Assembly: GCF_006345805.1 (NCBI RefSeq)
Contig: NC_043002.1
Span: forward strand, 100,254,001 to 100,318,000
DNA: 64,000 bases
Source of the DNA: Octopus sinensis
Taxonomy: Eukaryota
Reading direction: 5' to 3'
Shown here: positions 39,290 to 53,666 of the stretch, piece by piece
How the letters are laid out: every line of letters begins with the position of its first letter
Position numbering within the stretch: position 1 is the first letter of the stretch
Translations under genes and position numbers: made by a program
The notes under the pieces: generated by a model
What the model was told of the DNA's origin: nothing
Seen by the model: only the letters and a program-made list of their open reading frames with translations
Database searches by the model: none

Positions 39290-40290
39290 CTTGAAAGGGG
39301 ATAATATCTGCATCGTAATTTTACTGAGTATCTGCACACAAAGAATTTAACTCCCAAGGACATCCATCCTGATATAGTTGCTACATTAAGTGATGACACT
39401 CAAGTTTTATCAATAATGCAAAAGTGGGGAGCTGAATTTAGAAGGAGAAGAGAGAGCCTTGAAGATGAACCGGCGTCTGGACATCCTGCCCCCCCCCCAC
39501 CCAACCCTGAGGAAATCGTTGATCTGGTTCACATGTGATGGATGACAGGTGATTACCATATCCTGTGAAAGAGTTGAAAATATTCTGCACAATGAACTTG
39601 ACATAACGAAAATTTCTGCTTAGTGAGCACCACATTTTCTGATACCTGATCAAAAGCACTTGAAGCTAATCACATCACGAGATAATACGACATTGTTTGA
39701 ATCAGATCCAGCTGGTTTCCAAAAATGTTTCCTAACCTAGGATGAATGTTGGCGTCGACAAATTGAACCAGAGACAAATAGAAAATCCATGCAGTGAAAA
39801 CACGCTTCTTTATTTGCATCCAAAAGGCCATGGTTGTTCCACCTGCATGGAAGGTGACAGCTTCGGATTTTTTGGATGCAAACGGCATTGTGCTTATTGG
39901 CTATCTTCAAAAAGACTGTATGATAACTTGCTGAAACAGTTACAAAAGTCTATCAAGACTAAACGCCCGGGGAGACTCACGAAAGGTGTCTTCTTTCAAA
40001 AGGAAAATGCTCTATCACACAAGTCCTTGGACCCAATGGCTGCTGTGTGTGATTGTGCCTTTGAACTGGTTGATCGCCTTCCCTATTTTCTTCCCATCTG
40101 ACTATTATCTGTTCCCCAACATGAAAAAAACATTGGATGAGGACCAGTATCTCTGTGAGAAAGACATCATATCTACTGTTGACTTTTTCGACAGCAGGAT
40201 GGTAGCATTTTCAACAACACGATCCAAGCACAGCAACACCGATGAAAGAAGTGTGCGAACTACAAGGTTGACTATGTTGAAGAATAAACT
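39290..40290 (+). mobile_element. mariner (DD34D-type) transposase relic
   Basis: Frames: LTPKDIH, EFRRRRESLEDEP.SG.P, FLT*DECW..EPET, KRPGRLTKGVFFQ.ENA..H, PY...PSDYYLFPNMKK, DYVEE* (stop 40285-40287). Multiple stops and frameshifts. Confidence 0.9.
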
Positions 40291-43200
40291 TAATCTGATC
40301 AAATAATTACATAGAATCAGTTTTATATTCATTCATGTACTTAATTAATTACTTATTAGGTGGTTTCTATAAAGACTGCTCAGAGCATTTACTTATGGAA
40401 TAACTGAAAGAATAAACAAGCTATCTATATATCAATTTTAAGCCATGAATCAGCAAAAATAAAAAAGATCTGTACAGATACACACACATATTTATATATG
40501 TGCACACATGCACACATACGCATACACAAATATTTATACGTTACGTTTATATGGATATAGTATAACCATCTCGCATAGACTTGAGTTACTGAAAAGTATA
40601 TGTTTACGAACATGAAAAATAACTTATAAGGGATAAGAGGTTAATAGGTTATATGCATATATGCATATATAAACATACACAAATATACGTTTATATGGAT
40701 ATAGCATAACCATCTCGCATAGAACAGCAACAATATATATATATGTAAATTGTGTGTGTTCTGTACGTGTGTATGCTAGCTGCCTAAATGACCTCTACAG
40801 AAACTGATAAATATTAGAGATTTCCAAGTCTACATCTTTGACATGTCAATGCAAAATTATTTGCGTACTCGAATCACTATAACATTAATAATGTATACCT
40901 CAAGTTAATGGTTATATTATTAAGTGCGTTTATAATTCGGTTTTGAAGGAAAAAATGTCTTCAACTTGATGGAAATAAAACGTTTTTAATTTTCAACAGA
41001 AAAAATCTCAGAAAATTCTCTTCATGAAAAAATAGCATGTTTAAATATTAAATAGTCGTTAAATTAAATTTAAAAAGCCGGTTAAATAAGTCACATATAT
41101 ATTATTTTATATTAAGTGACATACAGTAGACAGTCATACAGTACAGAACACAGATTTATTATGCTTTCTTTCAGTGCATATTCTGTAAAATGGGAGTAAA
41201 AATTTAGATGTGCAGTGTGCTGCTCGTGATGGAATAAACTTTGGAATGATTTCTTTTCAATTATTTCACTTATTTCTCTAACTCCCAAGATACTGGGATT
41301 GATGTAACAGCTTTCCTGTTTGTTTCCATCAACAATTGCACACATCAGGCTTGTCATCATATGTTCATATCTGTAAAGTTAAATAAATCGATTTTCTTGT
41401 AACTCTAACACATATAAGACCGAAACGCCTAGTCCTGTTCCCACAGAAGAAGAATATGCATTATCTACTTTCTTCTTGTGAGAATAGATACATATTATTG
41501 ATGTTACATTTCAACAATCCTACCATATGATAAAGACAGACATGAATATTTTCAATGCATTATTTAATTTTCTGTCTCAGTGTATTAACACTATAATGGA
41601 TGGATGCTGTAATAATAAATGTTGATAAAACTTTAATGAAAACATATAATACAACAAAAATACCTTTTGAAGATATTTTGATAAATGAATGTTGTAAAAT
41701 TCAATAATCGTTGTTTTTATTAGGCTTGGCAGCTAAACAAAGAGTAGTGAGGCGATGTCACTGAGAATTACAATATAGAAATATTTTGATATGACTACCT
41801 TACCCAAGAGGAAATAAGAAATTTTAAGTTTCAAGCTAAGAACAACCTGAAAAGTTTCGCTTTAGTAAAAATATCAAAAGCTTTGCTATGCTCAGATTAG
41901 TCTAAATATGTGTAATTTCCCGATTTGACCCGCAGCTATAAAATAAGCGACAACTCGCTTTCAGTTTTCATGAATTGAAAGTGACAAGGGATCTATCTCC
42001 TTCTGAATAAGACTCGTGCATATCGCGGGAAACTTCGCCGATTGGTACTAAAGAAGCCAGCACTTCAGAATCAAATTTGTTGATTCTACAAATGAAAAAA
42101 AAAAAACAGGAAAGTTCTGACTAGTTGATTGTTTCTGTTTTCTTTTTTTTTTCTTAGTATTTCCTTAAATATTTACTACATCTCTGGAATAGTCGAATCA
42201 GCAATGTCGGAAAAATTGATTTGGGGTATCTCTTCCGGCCGTTTGCGCTCTGATTTCTTGACTGTTAGACTTAATTAGTGGCTCGATTTAACACCACTAC
42301 TTGAACATTAGGTATCATGCTTAGTATTTTACTTTATGGAACGTATTCAAGTTAGATGTTTGGTTTCAAGAAAACTTCCTCCTTTCCAACGATAAGTATC
42401 AGAAACCCTTAAAAATATGGTGCCAAAGACACTTCTCTTTCATTAATCAGTAACAAACATTGTAAATAGGTTCAATTTAGAAATCAAACTGGTGGGTATT
42501 TAGTTGCCCTAAATAACCCACTAAACCAATCTAAAAATTGAAATCTATACAGTTCACAGTATGCGGACAACAGTACATATCAGTAAACCAATAGTATTAT
42601 ACGTATATATCAGTATACTTGTATTATCGATGGTAATGAGTAAAAACAAAAAGAAACAATTGATTGAACAGTAACAGGATCCAAACTCAAAATTGATTAC
42701 AATCTATTTAAGATGTGTACATGGGCCAATAATTGAGAGTACTGTATTAATAACACCCTGATGCAGATCATGCATATTCAATTCTAAAGTTGATTGTGTT
42801 TTGCATCGTTTGCTAATAATTCGGTTCAGGATATTTTATTTACAACGGCACAATAGAATGGGTGATTATAATATTCTGCTTTATTTGTTCGTTTATTACT
42901 TTAAAAGTTGTAAAATATCTATGAACTTCCATTTAAGTGAAATGCGCAGATCGTTTTGTGTTTCTCTTGGGAATCATTTCATTTTAGTGAAATCGCTATC
43001 ACGATACATAATGGTATAATTAAGAATATTCTAATATTTTGATTTCTTCATGAAGTGCCTTACTATATCTGTCACTTTAAATGGGTTATCTTGTACGTAG
43101 CAAATTTATCAAACTCCGTATGGAAATCGCTAATTGGTAGAATCCATCGGTGTAAACACATTTTAGGTTTTAGAATCTCATCAGAAATATTTAACAATAT

Positions 43201-44913
43201 AACTTTGTTATGATGGGTACTGACCTAAGTAGTCTACTATTCCTAACAGCTAAACTGAAACGGGAGAACATACATGGAGACATTAGTACTGCTAGAAATA
43301 ACACCCATGTTTCTATCAAATCAAACCATATCGTCTTGAAAACGAAAAGAGCGAGTTCGTTAATGTAGTCTCAAATACAATGACGGAAATAGCAGATAGG
43401 GCATTTGCAGTGAAATACAGCATTGATTAGACCCTCGTATGTTATCCAATAAGTGTCAAAAACACGAATCACCAAACATGGTAATTGTAATGAGAAAAAT
43501 TTTATATTCATTCCAGGTTGTTCCAGTAATGCATAAATCACTAAACATATAACAACTTGGGAAATGTTTCTAGGGATAACGTTCACAGAGAGAACATAGA
43601 GAATATGATAAGGGAAATTAATTAGTATGCCTAAAAATGTTTAATCAATTCAGAGTACACCCATTACGGGGAACACAGTGGTCAGCTTTAATCAAAATTG
43701 ATTTCCTGTCATTATCACGAAGCTATACACGAGTGATTGAACTTCTATGAATAAAAACTAAAAACTACTTCCTCTTCTTCTGATCGTACCCAATCCTTTT
43801 AAAAATGGAAGGTGACACTGGATAATGTATTCCATATATACAAGGAAAGAAAAGGTGGTTACAACTGAAATGCCCTAAATAATAGAAGAGATATGTTTAA
43901 TCAGAGCTGATCTGAAGCGCTCAACAGGTTTCTTCGTTGGATGTATAATATTAGTACGATACAAAAACTCCTGCTAAAATTCTACCGCCATTAGCTTAGG
44001 CTAAGTTGCTGCAAATCTCAAAATTCTGTAAACACTGGTTGAAGCCGTAGAAATAACAACTAATCAAACTTATGGCTTCAAGAAAGTTATATATTTCGAT
44101 CTCGCCGTTATGGTTGCAATCCTTTTCAGCTGTTGCTGATGCTATTGATCTTACACTGTTGACGCTGTCCCTAAGGATATAAAAGGTGCATGATAAAAAT
44201 AATAATGAACGGAAGGCGAATAGATTTGTGTGTGGATGTGCAAGTGCCTAATTGTGTATGTTCATTTTCGTACGTACACATAAATGTGTGTATTTGTATT
44301 CATTCGTGTATGAGGACAATTCTTTTTCGCTGAAATGGACTAAATAGAGCGTAGGATGTTTTCTAAAATGAAGTGGAAGTATCATGAGATTTCGTTGGAG
44401 AATAATGTTGGTATGGTGATAAATGACTTGTATTATTGTACTATATATACGCAAGACTGAAGATAACAGATCAGCAACAGAAAAAAATGTATGGAAACGC
44501 ACACACACACACACACACACACTCACACATATACAGATATGGTGATGTATGTATGCCTATCTATGAAAGTCTGTGTGTGTGTTTCTGTATGCATAGTGTG
44601 TTTCCAACTCTGTTATCTTAAGTTTAGTCTACCTATATACATATCAATATATACACATATGTGTATATATAGATATACAAGTACAAACATGAAAAAATAT
44701 GTATTTATATGTGCACATACACACACATGCACAAATGCCTACAAATATATACATACATATGTGTGTGCATATATAAGTACATGAATGAGTGTGCATACAT
44801 ATACATACGTGAATAGGTACATTTATATAAAAATACAAATTTCTCTCTTTCTGTTTGTTTTTATATGTATATATATATGTATATATGTATGTATATATGT
44901 GTATATATATATG

Positions 44914-44989
<76 letters not shown>

Positions 44990-44991
<2 letters not shown>

Positions 44992-45198
44992 GTGACGTCG
45001 TGTGTACCGTTGGCGATTTTCTTTTCTCTGTCTTCCCTTCTCTGGATCTTTCCTTCTCCTATGTTTCCAACGAAGAGCTCCCCTCGAAACGTTAAACCCT
45101 CCTTCTTTCCTTCTTTCCTGAACGTCCAATAATACTATATTTGTTCCACGTCCTCCTCGCGTTGTTGTGTTTTTTTGTGTTTTCTTGTTTGGATTAAC
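44990..45198 (+). mobile_element. Solo Penelope-like pLTR unit with hammerhead-like motif, embedded in (TA)n
   Basis: CCAACGA-A-GAG-CTCCC-CTC-GAAACGTT...AACGTC (45067-45126). The downstream segment TAATAC..GTTCCAC.TCC is homologous to the 1239-1449 unit. Confidence 0.65.
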
Positions 45199-45205
45199 TA
45201 TATAT

Positions 45206-45236
<31 letters not shown>

Positions 45237-45719
45237 GTGTGTGTGTATAAATATATATATGTATAAATATATATATATATATATATAATATATATGTATA
45301 CATGTATTCATATATATATATGTATATATATATGCATCTACACACATACGCAGAGTATGCACACTCTTGTATTTACATATATAAAATGTATGTGTTTGTG
45401 TCTATGTGTCTGTGTGTGTGTGTGTGTGTGTGCGTGTGCGTTTGTGTGTGTAGTGTGTGTGTGTGTGTGAGAGCGTACTTGTGCTTGCATTTTTATACAA
45501 TTTGAAACCTGTCCAGACCTATGTGTACGTAACTGGAGCATCATAAAACGGTTACGAAATGTAAATCGTGCATAAACTCGTAACACACATACACGTTATG
45601 ACACAGATTTATAAACACACGCTCGCACACAGAAATACACAAACACACTAACACGCGCCCAAACGCATGCACACACACACACACACACACGCACACAGAC
45701 ATACACATGTACACACAGG

Positions 45720-45751
<32 letters not shown>

Positions 45752-46329
45752 CACACACAGAGAAATCAATGGTTTTCCTGCGCTGATTCGATTTCAGCAT
45801 TAAGACAGTTATAGTTCGGGACATGACAACACCTTACCAACGGCAATTGCTATGTACCATGCTAACGTCATTTTCTGACCTCTTTATGGTCATTCACTTC
45901 TTAACTTTAATCATCCACAATATTCCATACAAAAAGAATATGGTATTAATATTGTAGACAGTTGGGTTTTTCCTCCAACGGTTTACATAAAAATATAGAG
46001 AAAATATATGGCACGCATATAACGAATAAAGTACGTTTATCAGAACCAAGCAGCCGTGTTGTCTCCTTGACGGGGAAGACTGTCCTAAAATAAGCCACGC
46101 ATTTCTCTCAAATCCCGCAATTCCATCTTAGAAAGCACGCGGGTGTGTGTGTACTTGGGTGTGTTTTTGTGTGTGTATCTATGCATGTATGTATATATAC
46201 ATACATATACATACGCACACACAGGTGGGGAACCGATACGCCAATGAAACCGGGAAGCCGGCTCTTGTGAGCCAGCCATGGCTCGAGAAAGAACAAAGTG
46301 GGCGTTTCAAGTTCTTGTACAAAATTCAA

Positions 46330-46334
46330 GGTTC

Positions 46335-46365
<31 letters not shown>

Positions 46366-46438
46366 ATATATACATAAATATATATATATAATACATAAAT
46401 ATATATATATATATATACATAAATATATATATATATAC

Positions 46439-46475
<37 letters not shown>

Positions 46476-46481
46476 AATATA

Positions 46482-46512
<31 letters not shown>

Positions 46513-46513
46513 C

Positions 46514-46545
<32 letters not shown>

Positions 46546-46588
46546 ATATATTATATATATATATACATATATATTATATATATACATA

Positions 46589-46619
<31 letters not shown>

Positions 46620-46731
46620 CATAAATATAATATATATATATATATATATATTATACATAAATATATATATATATATACATATATATATGTACATAAATAT
46701 ATATATTATATATATACATATATATATGTAC

Positions 46732-46786
<55 letters not shown>

Positions 46787-46820
46787 CATATATATATATA
46801 TACATATATATATAATATAT
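46330..46820. repeat. Compound (TA)n-derived array
   Basis: TA array with periodic CATAAA interruptions. Confidence 0.9.
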
Positions 46821-46970
46821 AGGCCTCCACGACGGTGGAGTTACGATTTCAGGAGGACGATTGGTATCACGTGGATGAGAAAGGCGCGATCCAGAGAGGA
46901 GTGGACAGCGTGCTGTGACCAGCGGTGTCAATTGGACGCCCGACGGACTGGTCGGTCAAGGTGAAGGTGA
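46821..46970 (+). mobile_element. RTE-clade LINE 3' end (ORF C-terminus)
   Basis: Open frame [28 protein letters not shown]...* (stop 46962-46964) matches the RTE C-terminal pattern GRP..RW.D......W...A.DR..W. Confidence 0.75.
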
Positions 46971-48107
46971 TATATAAATATGTGTGTATGTGTGTGTGTG
47001 TGTGTGTGGTGTGTGCTAATGTTACACAAATATTATGGATCCATTTCAGCTCGACATTTGTCAGACGAGGTAACAGGATGTGTGTGAATGTCTGTGGGTG
47101 TTGTGAATAACCGAAAAAAAAAATTGGTGGGAAAATATTTCAAAGTAAAATTTCTTTAAGAAATGTGAGTCGTGGACGAGTATGAGATAGTGTTTTCTTG
47201 ATGTGAGGGGTATATGCGTGCAGTGGGATTGTTCCTGGGGTACCGTGCTTGGGGACTGTGGAAAGGCTGTTCAATTTTCAAGTTCTATGTAAAGATGTGA
47301 GACACGCGTGCATGTGTGTATGTTTATACGTTGGTTGTGAAGATACTTGTGCTTAAACCAGTGGAATGTAGTGATGTAGAATCATGCATAGAAAAATACA
47401 TCAAGCTCTTGTTCCTTCTGGAAGTGAGTGGTGGGAGATCAGTGACAGATGTCAAACTAAAGATCGAGAGGCGTTGGATAAACTAATCAACGGAGCGAAT
47501 ATTTCGAGAGACAGGCAACCCGTTTTCAATTTATATGTCTCTAAAACGCATCCCGAAACTGTCTGATAGTCGGCAACTACTTTGTCTGATATAGATCGAA
47601 TCATAGAGGAAATACTATAAGGTTGATAAAAGAGACTTAAATGTGGAAGGAGTAGTTGTCAAAGAGCCTTAAATGGGCCTTGAATGTGGAAGGTGTGTAT
47701 TTGTAGGGCCTTGGGAACTGTTTAGGAAGGAGGATCTGTAGGTGAGGAGGCTAGGTAGGTTGCCAGCACGCTTTAAGGAGAGAAAGAACGAGGGAAGAAA
47801 CGAAATGTCTGTATCTTTTATACATTTCGTGAAAGACGGTCTAGAACTCTTGTCTTCAACTTCGCAATTTAAAACTCGTTTTGTTCTCTAATTGCACTTC
47901 TTCTTCTCACTTATTGTTGTCAAAATCAAGTAAATCTATATTTTCTAAACTACGGAGCAGTAAACAACTGTTTAAATTCAGTAAAGTTAGACTACGGACG
48001 CTATAAAGATTATCTAATATTGATCAGCTAACTCTTTCTCTCTATTTATTCTCTATTTCTTTGTTCTTTCTTCTTTCTCTCTCTCTTTCTTTCTTTCTCT
48101 CTCTCTT

Positions 48108-48148
<41 letters not shown>

Positions 48149-49055
48149 GTCTCTCGTTCCTTCCATCCATTCACCCGCTTGCACATCGTGATTGTGCTAC
48201 TGTTATTATATTTAAATTGAAGTAAATTTTGATTATTCTTGTACGAAGATGTCTAAGCGATGTCTATTCGTGTGCATGTGCATGAATTCCATTATTTGAA
48301 TTTAAATATAATTCTTCGTTTCACAATGTATGTTTACTTTTAAAATATAGTGTTTTCACACTATATTTAAAAGTAGTGTTGTGTAATTCATATGCATTTG
48401 GAATCCAAGCAGGTGTAAATACTTTCACTTATCCATTGTAGATAAAACGAGTACTATTAATATATTGTCGTCAAGCGAAGCGGTTCTAGCCGATACGTTG
48501 CAACAGAAAAATCGATATTTCACAGATATCCAAAAATACACGATATCCAGTTAAATATACGCAGTAACCTTTCTCTTACAATCTCTGAAATACGATTCTA
48601 AATTTAGCTAATGTTATATGTCTGCACGTTATTAAATGTGTGTACCGATTTGTCAAGATGCTATATCAGTTTCAAAATTCTATTTTTCTAATATGATTCT
48701 ACATATCGTAGCTACGTTTTTTTTAACTGACTCTGGCATAATGCATTGACTAGGCTGCAACATGCTAGCTTGGCGATAATGTACTGTCTTGGCGACATCA
48801 CCGCTGTCTTAATGATATCGCCACTAACTTGGAAGCAATGCACTACTTCGATTCGACAATCAGTCGTTCTTCAGCTACAGATCAATCCAGAAAGTCAGCA
48901 GACCTATAACCAAAGGCTATCTAGTCACAACCACTCGGACTATATCTTCCAATCGTTACTGTTTAGGACAGTAAGCTGTAATTTGAGTGAAGTTTGGATG
49001 TTATATGTAGTCGGAGAACCTAATAGAGGGTATCTAGCTGTGCTACTGTTTAGAC

Positions 49056-49379
49056 CAGGGCTGGGCAACCTGAGGTCCACGAGTCGCATGCGGCCCGCAG
49101 ATTTTTATTTTGCGACTCGCTTGACACTTTCTTGAAATGTGTTTATTTAAACAAGTATTTTTAAAAATTTTATCAAAAATTAAAGATTGTAGTGAAAAGT
49201 AAAAAAGAGAGATACTACTGTTTTTGTAATGATATTTCATGTTGAATCACCAATCATTCATTATTGTAATAATAGCATGAAAAAGCAAAATGCTTTCAAT
49301 TCTGTCAGTATACAAGCAACACTAAAAAGCTTTCTGTGTTTAAAGTGGCCCGCAATGAAATTCGAGTTGGCCAGGTATG
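49056..49379. mobile_element. hAT (Charlie/SPIN-like) MITE
   Basis: 5' CAGGGCTGGGCAACCT...GCATGCGGCCCG; degenerate 3' GTGGCCCGC...GTTGGCCAGGTATG; TSD GTTTAGAC (49048-49055) and GTTTAGAA (49380-49387). Confidence 0.8.
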
Positions 49380-52104
49380 GTTTAGAATCAGATGAACGTT
49401 GGATCAAGAAGCCAAATATTCAATGATACTCAAGTTGTAATCTCCTCATCGTAGACCCAGGAAAAATATATCTTAGGAGTAATTTAGCTATTTAGATCAG
49501 TAGGTTAAGCTTTGAAAGAGATGTGGCTACCGCCTATGGTTTCCGCGGCTTTCCCCCGATTTATTTACAGTTGGCACTGAGTTTCCTGTTGTCTTTTGTT
49601 TACCCTAAAAGCACAATGCTTTCATAATCTTTATGCAGAGGAGATTAATAAGGCTGAACCAGAGTACAATGTCTTGGTCACCTCGGAGGACGTTGACGAC
49701 GACCAGCACCGGCATTGTTGACAATCTATTTTGTTGACTGCTCAATTCACAGATCAGCATAGTACCAATAGCCTTTCTTATGCCTTTTCAATTGTTGATG
49801 TTTGCACTTCGGAAATTTAATTCATAAATTATAAATAGGGAAATGGAATGTATTCTTGTATGCTTCAATCCGAGAGAATATTTATGTAAAATGCTGTATA
49901 TATAATTATTGCGTTTCTTTGATATGTGTCCTGAGTGTATTTTGGGATTATTCAAAGACACAAAATTTCATAATACTGTCTTCCGAAGTTTTGTGTATAT
50001 TAATACTTCACGCCTAGTTTAATGTGTCAAACTATGCGGTGCATGGCACCAATGAAAATAATTAAGAACAGGTTTATTTGAGAGAAACACTGTGCACTAA
50101 GATCTGCGAAGTAAAGAAAGATGATCAATGTTACCGTATGGTGTATACAATAGTAACGACTTAAAGTATATTGCCTCGTCCGGCCCTGACTTACTTATTT
50201 ATATTATTTACTTTTATATTGAAAACATATCAAGTTCAAAGCATTTGACGACGTCATTACAAAATGGTAACCTTTACAACGTTGTCGGACTTTTTCCTAT
50301 ATAATGATCACTCGATGATTTTAAGGCAGTTTTTAAAAAGAAAATACAAAAAAAAAATGATTTTAATTCAGATTTTAAATACAGGTTTTAAATACTGGAA
50401 TTATTCAGCATATTGTTTGTTTGACATTTACTATGCTTGCCAGTTATTATCTTCCTATTGCCACATTTTCCTTTTTAAACTGATGTTTTCAAACACGAAA
50501 TGTAAACACTACGTGCGATGATCAATTAAATGTGTGCGTTCAAGTTGTTCATGCTTAAACTGCAAAAAGCCAGAGAAAATTACCATATATTAACATGTAT
50601 TATTTCCGACAAGTTCAATGTAATCTGCTAGTAAAAATCACTAATTACAGAGTTGGCACTTCAATTTCTTCATGTGTGTTTACCTAACTCTCAAACACTC
50701 AAGCCTGTTAAGAGGACCAAAGTAGAAGGGATGCTAACCTGAATAGATTCTATCATAAAAGCGTGATTTATTATATACTATTTTTCTTTTATCTGCCCTC
50801 ATATATCTCTCTATGTGTATTTGTTTATCTCACGTTGTCGTTAACAACTCCTACCTCCCCCTCATTCTTGCTTTGTTTTTCTTCTCAGCTGTCTATCTAA
50901 CAATGTTCCTGTCAATGACTCTATACTTAAGATTTTCCAGGATTAGTATGATGTTATGAAAACGTTTTGAAGGATATAGGCTCTGAGTTTCAACCTATGT
51001 TTTGTAAACTTTTAATCGCATTGATCTGTGATCAATAAAATATATAACAACGATATACCATAGAGGACATTTTAGCACTTCTCTGCAAATATTGCTGTCG
51101 ACTTGGATGTTGCGCTTTCGTACACGTGTGCAAAAATACATCTACTAACACTTACCAATAGAGATACATGATTTCGTAAGTACACACCTGCTTGTGCACT
51201 CTTTTATCCTTTTACCGGTTGCAAACAACAGCCACGAAACTGCAGTACTAGGTCCAATTATTAAGGCATTCGTAATGATGCAAGTATTATTTTCAATCCT
51301 TTATTATTTGTTCTCCAAACTTCAAAAGACCGTTATATTTTGGTGCAATTAGTTTTAATTCGACGCACTGTTTTACAAACCTTTATATAAACGCATACAT
51401 ATACACTCAGCGAATTTTCGCGTTAATGTTATACCTAAACGACGCTGGATCAAGCCCATAATCTTTAAAATATTTTGGTTTAGAGGAAAGATGTATCCAT
51501 GGCAAAAATCGTTCTGTTTCAAATAAGGCGCCCCATTATATTTATTCTTTTATTTTGTTGTTTTTTTTTATTTATTGTTGCTGGACACCCTATTACTAGG
51601 ATAGAATTAGACAATAAAACGTTCATGAGTATCAAAAAGTAATTTATGAATTGGAGACATTTTGTACGATACAAATTAGAGAGTTACCAGACCTCGGAAA
51701 CATTTCCTATGCAACTATTTTAAAATGTAATTTATATTTGACTTAGATAGCTGACAGGACACGTTAAAAGATTCTGGTTAGTATACAGGATAATTGTGGC
51801 ATTATGCCTCTTCTAGAGTCATTAAGTGCAAATATTCCACTATACTAAATCTGGAATCAAAACATAACCATTATTTATTGTGATGCATATCAAATTATTT
51901 TAATACCTTTCACGAAATCATTTCTCATACTTGTCACATATAGTATTAGAGTCACTTATGGGTCTTCTAATGTCTCTATGATAAACATCTGAAGGAAATC
52001 TTTTGTTTGTTACTTGAAAACTGCGTCAGGAATATTCCCTTCGTATCACAGAAAATTAAAGAGGGCTTCATACGGACTGAAATTTTACCTTAAATGAATA
52101 ATTA

Positions 52105-52520
52105 GTAACTTTGGTTACATCATCAGCCGACTGGACTGCTACTCCCAGCTATCGTCACCCCACAGTGTAAAATTAACAGCTGACCTCAAAGCAATCCTTC
52201 GAACCTTCACAAAGAAGATCGTCTCATTACAATAGCACAGCTACTGGGATAGGCTGAAACAGCCTATGTCTCAGGGAACTACAACTTTTTAATATTCTCC
52301 CAAAGCGCATGAAGTACATACTCAAAGTGGATATAGGTGTTTTCAAATCAAAACTCTCGGGAGTCCCAGATGATCCTGCCTTGCGGCAGAAGGTAAAAAG
52401 GGGATGGCGACAAGAAACTCCCTGATTCACCAAATGTCACATATCACAGTAGGATCTCAAACATAAAAGTGTAGCAAAACAGCGGTGCTCCAGTATGGCC
52501 ACACCTTTCAGCTGAAACTG
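52105..52520 (+). mobile_element. CR1-group LINE 3' fragment (ORF2 C-terminus and 3' UTR, internal deletion)
   Basis: SRLDCYSQLSSPH..DLKAILRTFTKKI...SYWDRLKQ, then FNILPKRM...VFKSKL.SGVPDDP...NSLIHQMSH, then tail GCGGTGCTCCAGTATGGCC...GCTGAAAC. Confidence 0.8.
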
Positions 52521-52595
52521 ATAATATATATATATATAGATATAGATATATATGCATGTATATATATATATGTATATATATATGTATATATATAC

Positions 52596-52635
<40 letters not shown>

Positions 52636-53581
52636 CTATATATATTTTTTTTTCATTTAAAAAATTTTTTAACTTGTTAATTTCTAATTTTTTAATTTTT
52701 CTAATTTCTTAATTTTTTTAAAAAATATATATAACTATCAAAAAGTATTAAAAAGTTTAATATAAGATAAAAATTAAAACCACTACGATCGTTTCATGCC
52801 CAAAACCTAATTCGAATACCAATAATTTAAATCAATTAATAATTCGAATTATGGTTATAGTCAATCTTCAGGTTAATGGTAATATTTAAATAAATAATCA
52901 AATATATTTAAACAATATTTTTTAAGAAATAAATAAAATAATAATTTTTCTTATAAAAAACTCTATTATCAAACTAGAAATTTAACGATTATGAATATGT
53001 CATACAATCGATTATAATGTTAAATATTAATTTTTAAGTATTAATTTTTAAGGCAAGAAACCCACAAATAATCTAATCTCAGTTATAGTCAATATCTAAT
53101 TACCTAAATATTTTACAAAGAAAAAAAATGACTATTCATATTACTAAATATAATTTCAAGTCAAATAATTATATAATATTTGAATAATAACTAAATTATC
53201 AATGAATATATATAAATGTATATAAATATAAGAATTAAGATCTAAAATCATTTCTATAAAAAAAACATATATACACGTATAATAAAGACCTAATAAATTA
53301 ATTTTTCGTTATTACTTATAAATATATTAAAAGATTAAAGATGACAAAGCTAATTGTAAACAAACAAACAAACTATCTTAAAAGAACGCTATAACTAATT
53401 AACGATCCATATATCTCGTTGGCTAATTAATAACTTACAAAAACCGTATAGTTAAGAACTAAAATGATATATATGTATATATATGTATGTATATATGTAT
53501 GTATATATATATGTATGTATGTATGTATATATATATATATATAAATAAATATATATATATATATACGTATATATATATATG

Positions 53582-53658
<77 letters not shown>

Positions 53659-53666
53659 TGTGTGTA

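Noticed and set aside
44644-46931. Long ORFs rich in Y/I/C/V/H/T (also at 7.9, 18.7, 25.7, 53.5 and 56-60.4 kb)
   Set aside because: They are translations of (TA)n, (CA)n and (TAGA)n repeats, which lack stops in some frames; not protein-coding.
47320-47820. Possible additional Penelope relic (also 32250-32700)
   Set aside because: Only vague motif resemblance after many assumed frameshifts; not supportable by eye.
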